Virus record (IMG/VR): IMGVR_UViG_3300031853_000004
Location: 1-37,318 of that record
Origin: a virus
Taxonomy: Duplodnaviria > Heunggongvirae > Uroviricota > Caudoviricetes
Reading direction: 5' to 3' (one strand)
DNA: 37,318 bases
Part shown: positions 9,132 to 19,217 of the stretch, piece after piece
How positions within the stretch are numbered: position 1 is the first letter of the stretch
Layout of the letters: every line of letters starts with the position of its first letter
Notes under the pieces: model-generated
The model's input: the letters and a program-made list of their open reading frames with translations, nothing else
Database searches by the model: none
What the model was told of the DNA's origin: nothing
Translations under genes and position numbers: made by a program

Positions 9132-10001
9132 TTACCACTCAATTGTCTCTTCTTCCTCTTGGACAAAAGTAGTAGCAGTTCCTCTATTTGTTACAATTCC
9201 TATAATATTTGCAGCCAAATTATTTAAATTACTGACAATATAATTTTGACCAAGAAGCTTTTTCCATTCTTCGTCAAGATGAAGCGAATTTTTATATAAA
9301 CCATAACAATTATCTCTATCATCAATAGAGATATGATAAACATCATATTTTTCAGTAACTAATTTATAAAGATTTTCAGTATCTAAAAATCCTTTCTGAA
9401 CTTTGTCTCCAACAAGTGTTTCAATTCTATACTCGGGAAGATATGGATTTGGCAATTCATCACCCATTGTAATGATAATACCTTTCCTACCTCTCTTCCA
9501 ACAATCAAGAGCACAATGTTTTAATCCCATATACCAAGCAGCAGTATAAGATTCATAAGTATTTCCTCCACCGCCACCTTCAAAATAAATTTTATCTAAT
9601 TGCTCTATAATTCTAACATCAGATTCAAATTGAGAAATTTGAATTGGAGCTTCATCATAAGCTAAATCACCAATACCTATTGTACAAAATTCCACATCAT
9701 TAACTTCATTATAAAGAGTGGTCATAATTTCATTAAGAGCTTGAGCAGTTTTTACTGCGGCTTCTCCCATGCTTCCAGTCACATCAAGTCCTAGAATGAC
9801 TGGAACAGTATTAGGATGCTCTTCAGAATCACAACATTCCCGCATTACCTTATAGGGGTTGAGTTCTTTTACTAATTGTCTTTGAGTAAAAATATCTTGA
9901 GTTGTAAAGTCACTATCTGTAAAATCTCGTAGAGACGACACTCCATATGTGGTAGTAGCATAATCAGTTACAGCACGAGCATTCCAAATTCCGCTACCCA
10001 T
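9132..10001 (-). CDS. von Willebrand factor A (vWA) domain protein
   Basis: MIDAS LDVTGSM, GIGD, GGGGNTYESY and MGDE motifs. Confidence 0.85.
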   Translation of the reverse strand: MGSGIWNARAVTDYATTTYGVSSLRDFTDSDFTTQDIFTQRQLVKELNPYKVMRECCDSEEHPNTVPVILGLDVTGSMGEAAVKTAQALNEIMTTLYNEVNDVEFCTIGIGDLAYDEAPIQISQFESDVRIIEQLDKIYFEGGGGGNTYESYTAAWYMGLKHCALDCWKRGRKGIIITMGDELPNPYLPEYRIETLVGDKVQKGFLDTENLYKLVTEKYDVYHISIDDRDNCYGLYKNSLHLDEEWKKLLGQNYIVSNLNNLAANIIGIVTNRGTATTFVQEEEETIEW

Positions 10002-10005
10002 TTAA

Positions 10006-10788
10006 TTACACCTCTTCATCTTCATCATCATCTATTGGAGTTGTAATTTCATTTCCGAAATTGAAAGCTCCATCAAACATTCCTTCAAATATATTATTAT
10101 TACCCATCATCATGAACATCATAGGATTAATTCCATTTGTATTATTATTATACCCATGATTATCATTATTAAACATTTGACTCATCATCATCATGATCAT
10201 CATGTTTTGCATACCACTGTCATTCTTGGTCATATTCATAAAAGGACTAAAGAGTTTCCCATAACAATAAGTCTTACCCATAAAAACATGATGCTCTGGA
10301 ACTACTTCATCAATAGTAGACTCATCATAGGAGAAAGTCTTAATAGAATTAGAATGAACCTCAATTACACATCGTGGCTTATTATTAACAAGAATAATAT
10401 CTCCTACCTCTACTTTAAAAGTAGGAACAATCCAAAACATACCATCCATATCAAATGCAAAATTTGCACAATTTACAAGCCTATTCTTTTTAAAGTCATA
10501 TACCTTATATCCATTAGCTGTCTTAATTGCTGGTTGACCATTCATACTAATTTTACAATATCCTGGCTTTACTTGCTTAAACATTCCATTAAACATACCA
10601 TTAAAATCAAACATATCTTTCTCCTTTTCTTGTTGTTTTACCAATTCCATTGCTCCTAAAAGCTCTGACATAATGTTAAAAGTTTCTTTAGTTGAGTATG
10701 AATATTCATTTAAAGCTGAAGAAAAAGCTGCTACAGATTCAGTTGGCATAATTATTTCATCAAATCTTTGCTTCTTTGCTCAACCCAT
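10006..10788 (-). CDS. Hypothetical protein with Met/Asn-rich C-terminus; first gene of the vWA/PurA-like module
   Basis: Track ORF 10006..10749 extends through TGA (10780-10782, codon 3) to ATG 10788 with a GGAGG RBS. A second RBS-led ATG occurs at 10614 (MFDFNG). Confidence 0.65.
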
Positions 10789-10797
10789 AATAACCTC

Positions 10798-11001
10798 CTA
10801 TTCATAAAGAGAACGACAAATTACAGCAAATCTTTGCGGCAGACCTGCTTCTTTAGCAGCTTCATTAAGCCTATGCGCGTAATCATCAGCCGCATACTGG
10901 TTAGAAAAAACATTGATTACATTTTTACTCTTAGAGTCAACTCTTAAAATAATAAAAACATCTCCAACATAAGAATAGCTATTTTTCATTCTATCCTCCA
11001 T
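10798..11001 (-). CDS. Hypothetical protein
   Basis: Track ORF, 67 aa. Confidence 0.65.
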   Translation of the reverse strand: MEDRMKNSYSYVGDVFIILRVDSKSKNVINVFSNQYAADDYAHRLNEAAKEAGLPQRFAVICRSLYE

Positions 11002-11164
11002 ACAGATCAGGAACTAATCCAGCCATCCAACCAATACCTGCGGCAATCCAAGCAATAGAAGCAAGTAAGTCTCTAAATTCATCACTTTTTTCATAAACAA
11101 GGTAATTTAGATAAGCAACAATAAAATTTAAAACTATAATAATCAATTTAATAGAAACAATCAT
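10991..11164 (-). CDS. Small membrane protein, 57 aa
   Basis: Not in track; MIVSIKLIIIVLNFIVAYLNYLVY...LASIAWIAAGIGWMAGLVPDLYGG has two hydrophobic segments. Confidence 0.5.
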   Translation of the reverse strand: MIVSIKLIIIVLNFIVAYLNYLVYEKSDEFRDLLASIAWIAAGIGWMAGLVPDLYGG

Positions 11165-11167
11165 TAA

Positions 11168-11380
11168 CTACTCCTCAAAATAAATATATTCTTCAAGAGA
11201 AGAGTAATTAGGAATTAGAGTGACAACATATTCATATCGTGTTTGAGTATTATTTAGATAACTAGCGATATCTCTAGCAATACCGCTATCTTCACAAATA
11301 CACTTTATCTGCTTGTAATGCTTCCACTTACCATGACGTTTGGTCCAACGAATACCCAACACTACATAAAACTCTTCCAT
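11168..11380 (-). CDS. Hypothetical protein
   Basis: Track ORF; AGGAG RBS; downstream of a sigma70-like promoter. Confidence 0.65.
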   Translation of the reverse strand: MEEFYVVLGIRWTKRHGKWKHYKQIKCICEDSGIARDIASYLNNTQTRYEYVVTLIPNYSSLEEYIYFEE

Positions 11381-11467
11381 GGAGAACTCCTAACTTTTCT
11401 CTCCCTTAACTTTAATTATATTATACCATATTTATAGCGAGAAGTCAAGAAGAAAATTTACACTAAA

Positions 11468-12136
11468 TTAAGCTTCAATTCCTTTTTGACCACCTAGCCT
11501 ACCACTGCGGACAGCGTCTCTACCAGCTTGTACGCCCTTATCATAATTTACGTGACCAAAAGAAGTCATACTAATATTTCTTACACGCCCAAAACCTGCG
11601 GTAATTTCTGCAAAAGAATCATCTACTTCCTTTGGACGTACAAGCATCAATTCCTTGGACTGTTTTTCTAGCTCTGCCTTAATCCCATCCATATATGCAA
11701 TTGCAGCACTATTAAAGTAATTCCCATACAAGCCTCTACCTTTTCCGCGGTACATCCTAGATTCGCTATTAGCATAATCGTTAGTAGCTTCATATAATTT
11801 ATTAAAAATAAGCGAAGCCGCAGTTGCATCAACAGTTCTACCCACAAATACCATTTTATGCTTTCGACCAACAGGCGTGATGTAATAACGGCAACGATAG
11901 TTATCTGCAATAATAGCAGCAAGAGTATACTTAAACTTACGAAACACAGGATCTGATGCAACTTCTACTACTTCATAATCCTCTACTGTGAATAGTTCAT
12001 TCTCTTGGATATCATATTTAGAAATAAAACGTTGTGCCATAAGAGCTGCTGAAATGGCTTCTTGTTTAGAAGAACCATTAGCTTCAGTAATGTTAAAAAG
12101 TGCTTGAATTTTAGCAATTACATCTTCACGAGTCAT
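11468..12136 (-). CDS. DUF2786-like protein (likely start MTREDVI)
   Basis: KIQALF...EAxSAALMAQRFISKY N-terminus typical of DUF2786; C-terminal YDKGVQAGR. Confidence 0.75.
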   Translation of the reverse strand: MTREDVIAKIQALFNITEANGSSKQEAISAALMAQRFISKYDIQENELFTVEDYEVVEVASDPVFRKFKYTLAAIIADNYRCRYYITPVGRKHKMVFVGRTVDATAASLIFNKLYEATNDYANSESRMYRGKGRGLYGNYFNSAAIAYMDGIKAELEKQSKELMLVRPKEVDDSFAEITAGFGRVRNISMTSFGHVNYDKGVQAGRDAVRSGRLGGQKGIEA

Positions 12137-12204
12137 AATATAAGTTCCTTTCTCTTTTGAACTATATATTATACCATAAATAATAGAGATTGTCAACAAC
12201 GATT

Positions 12205-12555
12205 TTAAGAAACTTCTTCAATAAAAACAATAACTTTTCCGCTATAAACAAGCTCTACAAAACGAGCCATCTTTTCAATATCATCAACTATTGGAATTGA
12301 AAAACCATAATCTCTAATACATTCAGGACAATCAAAAGTATACCAATTATTGTTCAAATCAAAATCAAACATATAAGTATCAGCAATTTCATATTTAAAG
12401 TCAAAAGACTTAAATATCTCTACAGCCTCATTTATATACGGATCACCGAAAGAACCATTAACAGCTCGTATGTGAATATAAAGATGGTATGGATCAGTAC
12501 CTTTATAGTAATTATAGCTATCTGCAATATTTATAACAATATCGTCAAGAAGCAT
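12205..12555 (-). CDS. Hypothetical protein
   Basis: Track ORF; AAGGA RBS. Confidence 0.65.
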   Translation of the reverse strand: MLLDDIVINIADSYNYYKGTDPYHLYIHIRAVNGSFGDPYINEAVEIFKSFDFKYEIADTYMFDFDLNNNWYTFDCPECIRDYGFSIPIVDDIEKMARFVELVYSGKVIVFIEEVS

Positions 12556-12569
12556 ATTAATATTCCTTT

Positions 12570-12776
12570 CTAAGCTCCTGTAATAACAAAATCAATGGAA
12601 GGATTTTCAGTACAATATGCGGCTGCTACAAAAAAAGTAGAAAAAGCAGGACCAACAATTATATTAGCGTCCCAATTATTACTAATTACAACAAGCCATT
12701 CGATATCTTCATCATACCTAAAATCCATAAGATTTGCGGGAAAAAGCTTGTAGTTCTTTTCCATATTTTTCTCCAA
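12570..12776 (-). CDS. Hypothetical protein
   Basis: Track ORF downstream of the promoter at 12804-12832. Confidence 0.6.
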   Translation of the reverse strand: MEKNMEKNYKLFPANLMDFRYDEDIEWLVVISNNWDANIIVGPAFSTFFVAAAYCTENPSIDFVITGA

Positions 12777-12803
12777 TATTTTTTTCTCTTTTGAACTATA
12801 TAT

Positions 12804-12851
12804 ATTATACCATAAGAAAATAAGGTCGTCAAGAAAAATCTTAACGACCTT
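12804..12851 (-). promoter_or_regulatory. Sigma70-type promoter with -35 embedded in a terminator hairpin
   Basis: TTGACG at 12827-12832, 17-nt spacer, TG-TATAAT at 12804-12809; inverted repeat 12822-12829 / 12844-12851. Confidence 0.75.
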
Positions 12852-12856
12852 AAAAA

Positions 12857-13348
12857 TTAATCACCATAAAGCCAAACAGTCTTTACACCATCTTCAAGCA
12901 TTTTCATATAGGCATCATAAAGTGCAGTAATAATATCACGTCCATATTCAAAAGCATCAAATAACTCAACACAAATTCTATCAATAGTATCATTAGCATG
13001 ATCAAGAATAAATGCAAGCCGCAAGTCAGCTTTTTCTTCTACAGAAAGAGAATTAATATAAGTTTGCACAAAATCATCATCAAAAATGCATAACTTAACA
13101 ATTTTTTCATAATGCTTATTAGTATGAAGCTGCTCAAAAAGCGATGGAATAAAGTTTAACTTCTCTACACCAATTTCGTATTCATAAAACTTCATATATT
13201 CATCTTCTGCTACTAGAATGGGAGTCCCAAGCAGTGAAAAAGCTTTATAAAGATCATAATGCTCTCTTCCGCACCAGAAAAAATATGGATCTATCCCAAA
13301 ACTATTTTCATCATACTTACGTTTAGCAAAGCCAAATTCAAATGACAT
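12857..13348 (-). CDS. Hypothetical protein
   Basis: Track ORF, 163 aa. Confidence 0.7.
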   Translation of the reverse strand: MSFEFGFAKRKYDENSFGIDPYFFWCGREHYDLYKAFSLLGTPILVAEDEYMKFYEYEIGVEKLNFIPSLFEQLHTNKHYEKIVKLCIFDDDFVQTYINSLSVEEKADLRLAFILDHANDTIDRICVELFDAFEYGRDIITALYDAYMKMLEDGVKTVWLYGD

Positions 13349-13350
13349 TT

Positions 13351-13686
13351 TTACTCCCCTTTCGTCATATCAATCTGATAAATATCATCTTCAAAATCAA
13401 AGTCATCTACAAGTGTGCAAATAACAGCTTCCATTTTTTCGCAAGCAAAAGCAACAGCTTCATCCCATGTTTCAAAAAGCCAAAAAGTAGTTCCACCGTT
13501 CTCAAGAGAATCACGAGAACAAGTCACACCATAAGCAATATCTTTTGTCCATTCTTTTACTTCATAATGCCACCAATATTGTCCCATGTAACGATGCCGC
13601 ATAAGATAATTTTCCGCAGCCTTTTCAGTTGCAAAACCAATTGCTACTACATCTTTAAAAGTCTTATCAGCAATATAGAAGCTCAT
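13351..13686 (-). CDS. Hypothetical protein
   Basis: Track ORF; AAGGAG RBS. Confidence 0.7.
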   Translation of the reverse strand: MSFYIADKTFKDVVAIGFATEKAAENYLMRHRYMGQYWWHYEVKEWTKDIAYGVTCSRDSLENGGTTFWLFETWDEAVAFACEKMEAVICTLVDDFDFEDDIYQIDMTKGE

Positions 13687-13726
13687 ATTTAACTCCTTCT
13701 ATCTTTTTCTTTTTTTCTTTAATTAT

Positions 13727-13775
13727 ATTATACCATATAAAAAAGAAGCCGTCAAGAAAAATTCTCAACGACTTC
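13727..13775 (-). promoter_or_regulatory. Sigma70-type promoter with -35 embedded in a terminator hairpin
   Basis: TTGACG at 13750-13755, 17-nt spacer, TG-TATAAT at 13727-13732; hairpin 13745-13752 / 13768-13775. Confidence 0.75.
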
Positions 13776-13782
13776 CAATTTT

Positions 13783-14280
13783 TTATCAAGCTGTCTTTTT
13801 TGATTTCTTATCAAGGATACCCGCATACCCAAGACAAATCGCATCACATTCGTCTTCACTAGCAGTTACATCGAAATGATCTTTAACAAACTGTTTCGCG
13901 GCAGCTTTTTGATCGGCCCTTTTACGTCCAAAAGTAATACCATATTTTTCTTTTAAAATTCTTCTTCAATGAGAAGGGCTAGAACATTCATATGGTATTT
14001 TTACTGCTCCGCACCAATATAAGATCATTGCTTTAACCATGGATAACTTATGATAAGTTTGTAAATTTCTATTTGATTGCGCTTGACAATCTTCAAATAA
14101 AAGCATATCAAACTTATATGTAGAATAAAGTATATCTAAATTATCTATAATTTTTCCAAGTCTTTCTTCAATTGGATCAACTGCCGCAGTAGTAAATTTT
14201 CCTCATTTAACTAATTTCTCATCTTCAAAAAATGCTCAACCACTAACAGCTAAAGCATTATCAATTGCTAGATATTTCAT
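13783..14280 (-). CDS. RuvC-like Holliday junction resolvase (needs TGA=Trp)
   Basis: Absent from track. MKYLAIDNALAVSG*AFFED...LLFEDCQ...SPSH*RR...DECDAICLG has the RuvC acidic motifs; TGA at 14236, 14203, 13966 and a final TGA-TAA. AAGGAG RBS. Confidence 0.85.
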
Positions 14281-14291
14281 GTGAACTCCTT

Positions 14292-14798
14292 TTAAATATA
14301 AATATAATCTCCAACACTAAATTTATTATATTGTTGCTTTGTTATTTCATATTTTACTTCATTACTAACAATATAATATCGTTCTTCTCTCTTAGAAACT
14401 CTCACATCTCCAATAGAAGGATAACTTCTATTTAATTCACTAGTATGAATTTCAGGCCAAAATTCTATATCTCCTTTGCTGCCACTTGATGTGTAAAACT
14501 CACTAGGAAGCCATTCATTTACACTATAGGAATACCAATAATCATATTCTGTATGATTTTGATAAACGTTTTTAGGCTTTTTAGTTTTTGTAATTAAATT
14601 AGCATTAAAAGGAATATCCTCTTCCCAACACTCCTTAACAACTAATTCATATTTTTCAGTGTATACGTCTTTAGTCCATAACATTTCATCTATTTTAACA
14701 TTTTTAGACATTAAAACAAAGGAATAGAATGTAATTGCTGCAACAACAACTAGAGAAGAAATTATTTGCAAAACACTATATATCTTAAATCTGTTCAT
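14292..14798 (-). CDS. Hypothetical protein with N-terminal TM anchor
   Basis: Track ORF 14292..14834; likely start MNRFKI. Confidence 0.65.
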   Translation of the reverse strand: MNRFKIYSVLQIISSLVVVAAITFYSFVLMSKNVKIDEMLWTKDVYTEKYELVVKECWEEDIPFNANLITKTKKPKNVYQNHTEYDYWYSYSVNEWLPSEFYTSSGSKGDIEFWPEIHTSELNRSYPSIGDVRVSKREERYYIVSNEVKYEITKQQYNKFSVGDYIYI

Positions 14799-15939
14799 TT
14801 TTAATAAAACCTTTCCCCACCTTACTGATTCCAAACTTCTTAATCAATTGCATTACAGTCATATCAGGATTATCTACAGCCATAAAACCAAAAGCCTTAA
14901 ACTTATCATCCTTAATTTTTAATGCAAACTCCTTGCGGGAACCGCATGAAGGATAAACATTACGAACATAATTGACATATATCTCAAGTTCATATAGAAA
15001 TTTAGTTACTTGCCAATCATAATACTTAAACTGAACCTTCAGACGTGGATAAGAAAGAAGAGCCATAATCTTTTCTTCATCATTAAGAATAATAGCTTCT
15101 ACAACATCATCCTTGGAGACAGAATCCTTGGTAAGTGAATGATGAAGCATTAAATATTCAGGATTCTTTACTTTAATTCGATGATAGTCAGAATCACAAA
15201 CTACAAATCCTTCATGCTCACATACTCCATTATTTAAATGTTTAGCTTCCTCTATAACTTTTTCCAGATTTGGATCAGCAATATTATAAATATGCGGCTT
15301 TTCAATTCCAATGAAGTTATTAAATTCTACTCCTGTAAGATTAGAACGAGTTCCAAGATGATAAAGATGAGTCTTATCATATTCAACTACTACACGAGTC
15401 TCAGGAGAAACTAATTCAAAAATATAAGTATTATATTTATCAAGAATATCATAATTAATGCTACCAAAATTATCAGCAGATTCAATCACATCCTGAAAAG
15501 TGCGGCCGATCAGAGGAGTATTTGCATCACAAGCATCAATGCATCCATTAGTAGCCCAATGCCATTGACCATTGTAACGATACAGCTTCAGGATCGATCC
15601 ATCTATTTTAGCCTGAACCTGTGCAGTGTTCCAATTAATGTCATCTGCATAAGACTCGCCCCAGTTTCCAAATTTTCTAAAAGGCCAGCACACTACGCGC
15701 CAATCTGAAATCTTGGACACATCCTCCGCACCCATGTCCATAATTATACCGCGAGCTTCCTGCACAACAGGATTAGAAAAGTCCGCACCAATAGTATAGT
15801 TAAAAATAATACGATTATCTTTAGTCTTACACTTAATATCAATCTTTTCCATTAACTCTTTAACCTCTTGGACAGAAACCTCTCCCTCAAGATGTTTAAG
15901 AATATATGAAATAATCTTTGAATTAAAATTAATAGGCAT
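14785..15939 (-). CDS. T4 Rnl1-like RNA ligase
   Basis: CWPFRKFGNWGE, KIDGS (motif I), FELVSP, EGFVV and IKVKNPEY motifs; likely start MPINF after AAGGAG. Confidence 0.85.
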   Translation of the reverse strand: MPINFNSKIISYILKHLEGEVSVQEVKELMEKIDIKCKTKDNRIIFNYTIGADFSNPVVQEARGIIMDMGAEDVSKISDWRVVCWPFRKFGNWGESYADDINWNTAQVQAKIDGSILKLYRYNGQWHWATNGCIDACDANTPLIGRTFQDVIESADNFGSINYDILDKYNTYIFELVSPETRVVVEYDKTHLYHLGTRSNLTGVEFNNFIGIEKPHIYNIADPNLEKVIEEAKHLNNGVCEHEGFVVCDSDYHRIKVKNPEYLMLHHSLTKDSVSKDDVVEAIILNDEEKIMALLSYPRLKVQFKYYDWQVTKFLYELEIYVNYVRNVYPSCGSRKEFALKIKDDKFKAFGFMAVDNPDMTVMQLIKKFGISKVGKGFIKNEQI

Positions 15940-15949
15940 AAAAACTCCT

Positions 15950-16957
15950 TTAATGCGCTTGACGGTCAGCTTCTCCAAGCAATTCTAAACAATACAAATC
16001 ATAATTATTAAATAATTTCTTTTCACGTTTAGCGCACTTACCATCAGGATACTGGCGCCAAGTAAAACTAACCCGCATATGAAAATTAACATAAGTTGCC
16101 ATTTTTACAAAAACTTCTTCAGTAATATACGTTTCTATATCGTAAGAAGATAAAAAAGGAAATTCTGAAAGAATTAAATAGGCTCCAGCATTCTCATGCC
16201 CATAATAATGAGCAGTTTCAGTAGGACGTCCTTTTCTATCATGATAATCTTTAGTGATCAATTTGCCAATATCATGATATTTAGCAGCTTCAAATAAAGG
16301 CTTACATCCCCAAAAATCGTTTTCTGGTACAGAAGGATTATAATGCTTAACAACATATTTGTAAGTATTTTGCATATGCTGCCCAAGAGTCATGGTATGA
16401 AATGGATTATCTTGATTAAAAGAATCAAGTATATCAAAATTAACAGATGCATATTCTTTTTTAATCCAAAAACTTCCTGCTTTTATTGTGCAATAAGCTT
16501 CTTTATTAGGATAAAAATAATAAATCCCATCAAATCCTTCTTTTTCAAGAGGAATCTGAAAACTTCTTACCATGTTATCAATTACTTTTTCAGGCACACA
16601 ACCAAACTCATCACGACGAGAATTCTGCTCTTTACAAAGCTTAATAGGAACTATAATCACATCAGCTTCATAAAAAACATTAGGAAACTTAGCACGTAGT
16701 TCAGTAAGTAAATTCATACGAAACTTTCTTTGAATATTAGTTGCGTTAAATACAACATTTTTTCCAAGAGAAAGAGAATCTATAATCATATCGTGAGCAA
16801 TTTGAAAAACATCTTCTTTAGTACCTTGCTTATATCCATTATCCTTGCGGATTTGGTCAGTAGAAACTATTACATGATTTTTAAAGCTATCATCATGCTC
16901 TATAAAATAATCTTTGCCACTTCCAGGCAAACCAATCATCATTACGAATTCTTGCAT
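15950..16957 (-). CDS. Polynucleotide-kinase-like P-loop (AAA_33) fused to HD phosphohydrolase
   Basis: GLPGSGKD, STDQIR and NATN in the N-terminal half; HTMTLGQH, YHDIGK and GHEN in the HD domain. Confidence 0.88.
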   Translation of the reverse strand: MQEFVMMIGLPGSGKDYFIEHDDSFKNHVIVSTDQIRKDNGYKQGTKEDVFQIAHDMIIDSLSLGKNVVFNATNIQRKFRMNLLTELRAKFPNVFYEADVIIVPIKLCKEQNSRRDEFGCVPEKVIDNMVRSFQIPLEKEGFDGIYYFYPNKEAYCTIKAGSFWIKKEYASVNFDILDSFNQDNPFHTMTLGQHMQNTYKYVVKHYNPSVPENDFWGCKPLFEAAKYHDIGKLITKDYHDRKGRPTETAHYYGHENAGAYLILSEFPFLSSYDIETYITEEVFVKMATYVNFHMRVSFTWRQYPDGKCAKREKKLFNNYDLYCLELLGEADRQAH

Positions 16958-17053
16958 ATTTTCTCCCTTCAATCTATATATATTATACCATATATAGAAG
17001 AAGTTGTCAATAAAAAAATACCTAAAACCTCAAAAAGATTTTAGGTATTTTAC

Positions 17054-17491
17054 TTATTTTTCTTTATTCATTTCAGCAATCTTGCGGCGAGTCTTAATTG
17101 TAGAAGTAACTGTATCTTTAAAATATTTTTCTGCAAAAAAATATACATCTTTACTATGACTTGCTTCTCTTTTAGCAACTTTTACTTGCCGGAGTAGTTT
17201 CTGCATGACAGGATCATCTTTGCTAATGCCAGATTTTAACAGAACATTATATGCATGTTCAACACCAATTGCTCTTTGCTCCATTAACTTGGCTCTATGT
17301 TTTAGTGCTTGAAAATCACATTTACACTCCGCGAAAATAAATCCATCAAGGTCATTTTCAACATCGAGATCCTCATCCGCACAGGTAACTTTGCCGTGAA
17401 ATGTGCCATATTTTGTTTGCTTCGTGACATACGTATCTCTTCCATCTCTTTTGGTATTAAGGATTTTACCTTTCATTATTCTCCTATCCAT
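17054..17491 (-). CDS. Hypothetical protein
   Basis: Track ORF, 145 aa. Confidence 0.7.
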   Translation of the reverse strand: MDRRIMKGKILNTKRDGRDTYVTKQTKYGTFHGKVTCADEDLDVENDLDGFIFAECKCDFQALKHRAKLMEQRAIGVEHAYNVLLKSGISKDDPVMQKLLRQVKVAKREASHSKDVYFFAEKYFKDTVTSTIKTRRKIAEMNKEK

Positions 17492-18237
17492 TCTTCTATA
17501 TCAATTGGAATTTGATAAACCATTGTATACTTATCATTCAAAACTCTTGTATCATGAAAATGACCAAAGAAATATTGTTTAAAATATGGATTTGTTTCAA
17601 ATAAATCAGACATTGAGTCAAGCCATTGTTCTGTTCTATGGTCTACTGTAGATTGATCAATTGAAGATAAAAATAAATCAGAATATAGTGGCTCAAGCTT
17701 TTGCGGAGCAGTGTGCGCTACAACGAAATCAATTGGACTACAATCTAGATTCCAATCAGCTACATAGTCATACAAATCATACATAGACTTCTTATCAAGC
17801 TGTTCATTAATATTATATGGGTATCCATTACGGAGTCTGTAATATTTGTCTACGCTATAGGCACCAGGCAGAAAAAGAAAATAATATCCGTTAATTTCAT
17901 AAATTCCACCTTTATCATTCACATAAAGAATGTTTGGATATTTATTTTGAAAAACTATATTATCTGCAATAGACCTTGACCATCCACTGTCATTGTATTT
18001 TATATGGTCCCAATAACAATTATCATGATTACCACGCATCACAATCCATCTACCAGGGAACTTCTTCGCAGCCTTCTTTGCAGCACCCATAATATGATCA
18101 CCATATTCAAACCCAGCATCCCCAGCTATAATAATAATATCATTCTTTGAAGGTTTATCAATCTTTTTAATAACTTGTTCAATAGCATAAGCGCTACCAT
18201 GAATATCTGCGCAAATAAAAATTCTTCCATTAGCCAT
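17476..18237 (-). CDS. Calcineurin-like metallophosphoesterase
   Basis: ADIHG, AGDAG, RGNHD, AHTAP and FGHFH motifs. Confidence 0.9.
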   Translation of the reverse strand: MANGRIFICADIHGSAYAIEQVIKKIDKPSKNDIIIIAGDAGFEYGDHIMGAAKKAAKKFPGRWIVMRGNHDNCYWDHIKYNDSGWSRSIADNIVFQNKYPNILYVNDKGGIYEINGYYFLFLPGAYSVDKYYRLRNGYPYNINEQLDKKSMYDLYDYVADWNLDCSPIDFVVAHTAPQKLEPLYSDLFLSSIDQSTVDHRTEQWLDSMSDLFETNPYFKQYFFGHFHDTRVLNDKYTMVYQIPIDIEEWIGE

Positions 18238-19030
18238 TTTTAAGTTCCTTCCTCAGAGAACGAGTCATTATTTGCGTTAAAACATCATCCAATAGAGCAG
18301 AAGTTTCTTCATCATCTTCATTCTTAAATTCAACACTGTCAACAATTGAATCAATCTTCTTATAATATTCTAAAGCTAAACTGCGGGCTTTCTTTTCTGA
18401 ATATCCTCCGCAATTCTTCTTTAAACTAATAACATAGTCTCTATCTTCATCAACTCGAATACAATCTTTATACGGTTTACCTTCAATATACTTTGATAAA
18501 AATAAATAAACTCTTACCAAATGAGACAACTGTTTAGGATCTATACCATATTTCATTAACTTCTCATAATTTGTTGAAGTGATATGGTCAAGATTATGAA
18601 ATACATTATTAGCCCTACCACGCATACATTGCACAGTTCTGTATTCATTTAATCTAGCAATCTTTTCTCTGTTCTCTTGGAGGATGTTCCATAAATCTTG
18701 ATATTCAGAATTTACAATAAAATAATTTGTAAACAAAATCTGTATAAAATTAATATCTTGTTTGCGGAAAATTTTAAAATAATTTCTAATATCTTTACAC
18801 TCAATATGTTCTAATTTATCGCCAATCTCATATACTTTATTATAAGGTTTAGTATTAAAAATCAAATCTTGTAATGTTGGAATTACTAAAATTTTAGTAT
18901 CAACATCAGAATCCTCATCTGCAAGATTATAATTTTGTGATCCATACAGAGCTAATACAAAATAATCTTTATCATTTACTGCTTTATAATATGCATGATG
19001 TTCATATACTCTATCTAAAATCTTCATCAA
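18230..19030 (-). CDS. Pol-beta-superfamily nucleotidyltransferase (RlaP / T4 NrdC.11-like)
   Basis: YGSQNYNL...DSDVD signature; K.LSHLVRV helix. Confidence 0.8.
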   Translation of the reverse strand: MMKILDRVYEHHAYYKAVNDKDYFVLALYGSQNYNLADEDSDVDTKILVIPTLQDLIFNTKPYNKVYEIGDKLEHIECKDIRNYFKIFRKQDINFIQILFTNYFIVNSEYQDLWNILQENREKIARLNEYRTVQCMRGRANNVFHNLDHITSTNYEKLMKYGIDPKQLSHLVRVYLFLSKYIEGKPYKDCIRVDEDRDYVISLKKNCGGYSEKKARSLALEYYKKIDSIVDSVEFKNEDDEETSALLDDVLTQIMTRSLRKELKNG

Positions 19031-19217
19031 AATCGTTCTCCATGTTTTGAATATCAGTTTTTTGTTTGCGGAGCTTCTTTCGTTGTTTACTGATTTGCTT
19101 TTTATGTTGGCTATGCTCTGATCTTTCTTCTATTGGAATTCTAAAACGCTTTTGACTAACTTCTTCTTCAAAATCATAATCATCTTCATCAAGAAGATCA
19201 ATTAGGTTTTTTGCCAT
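19011..19217 (-). CDS. Hypothetical charged protein
   Basis: Track ORF, 68 aa. Confidence 0.6.
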   Translation of the reverse strand: MAKNLIDLLDEDDYDFEEEVSQKRFRIPIEERSEHSQHKKQISKQRKKLRKQKTDIQNMENDFDEDFR

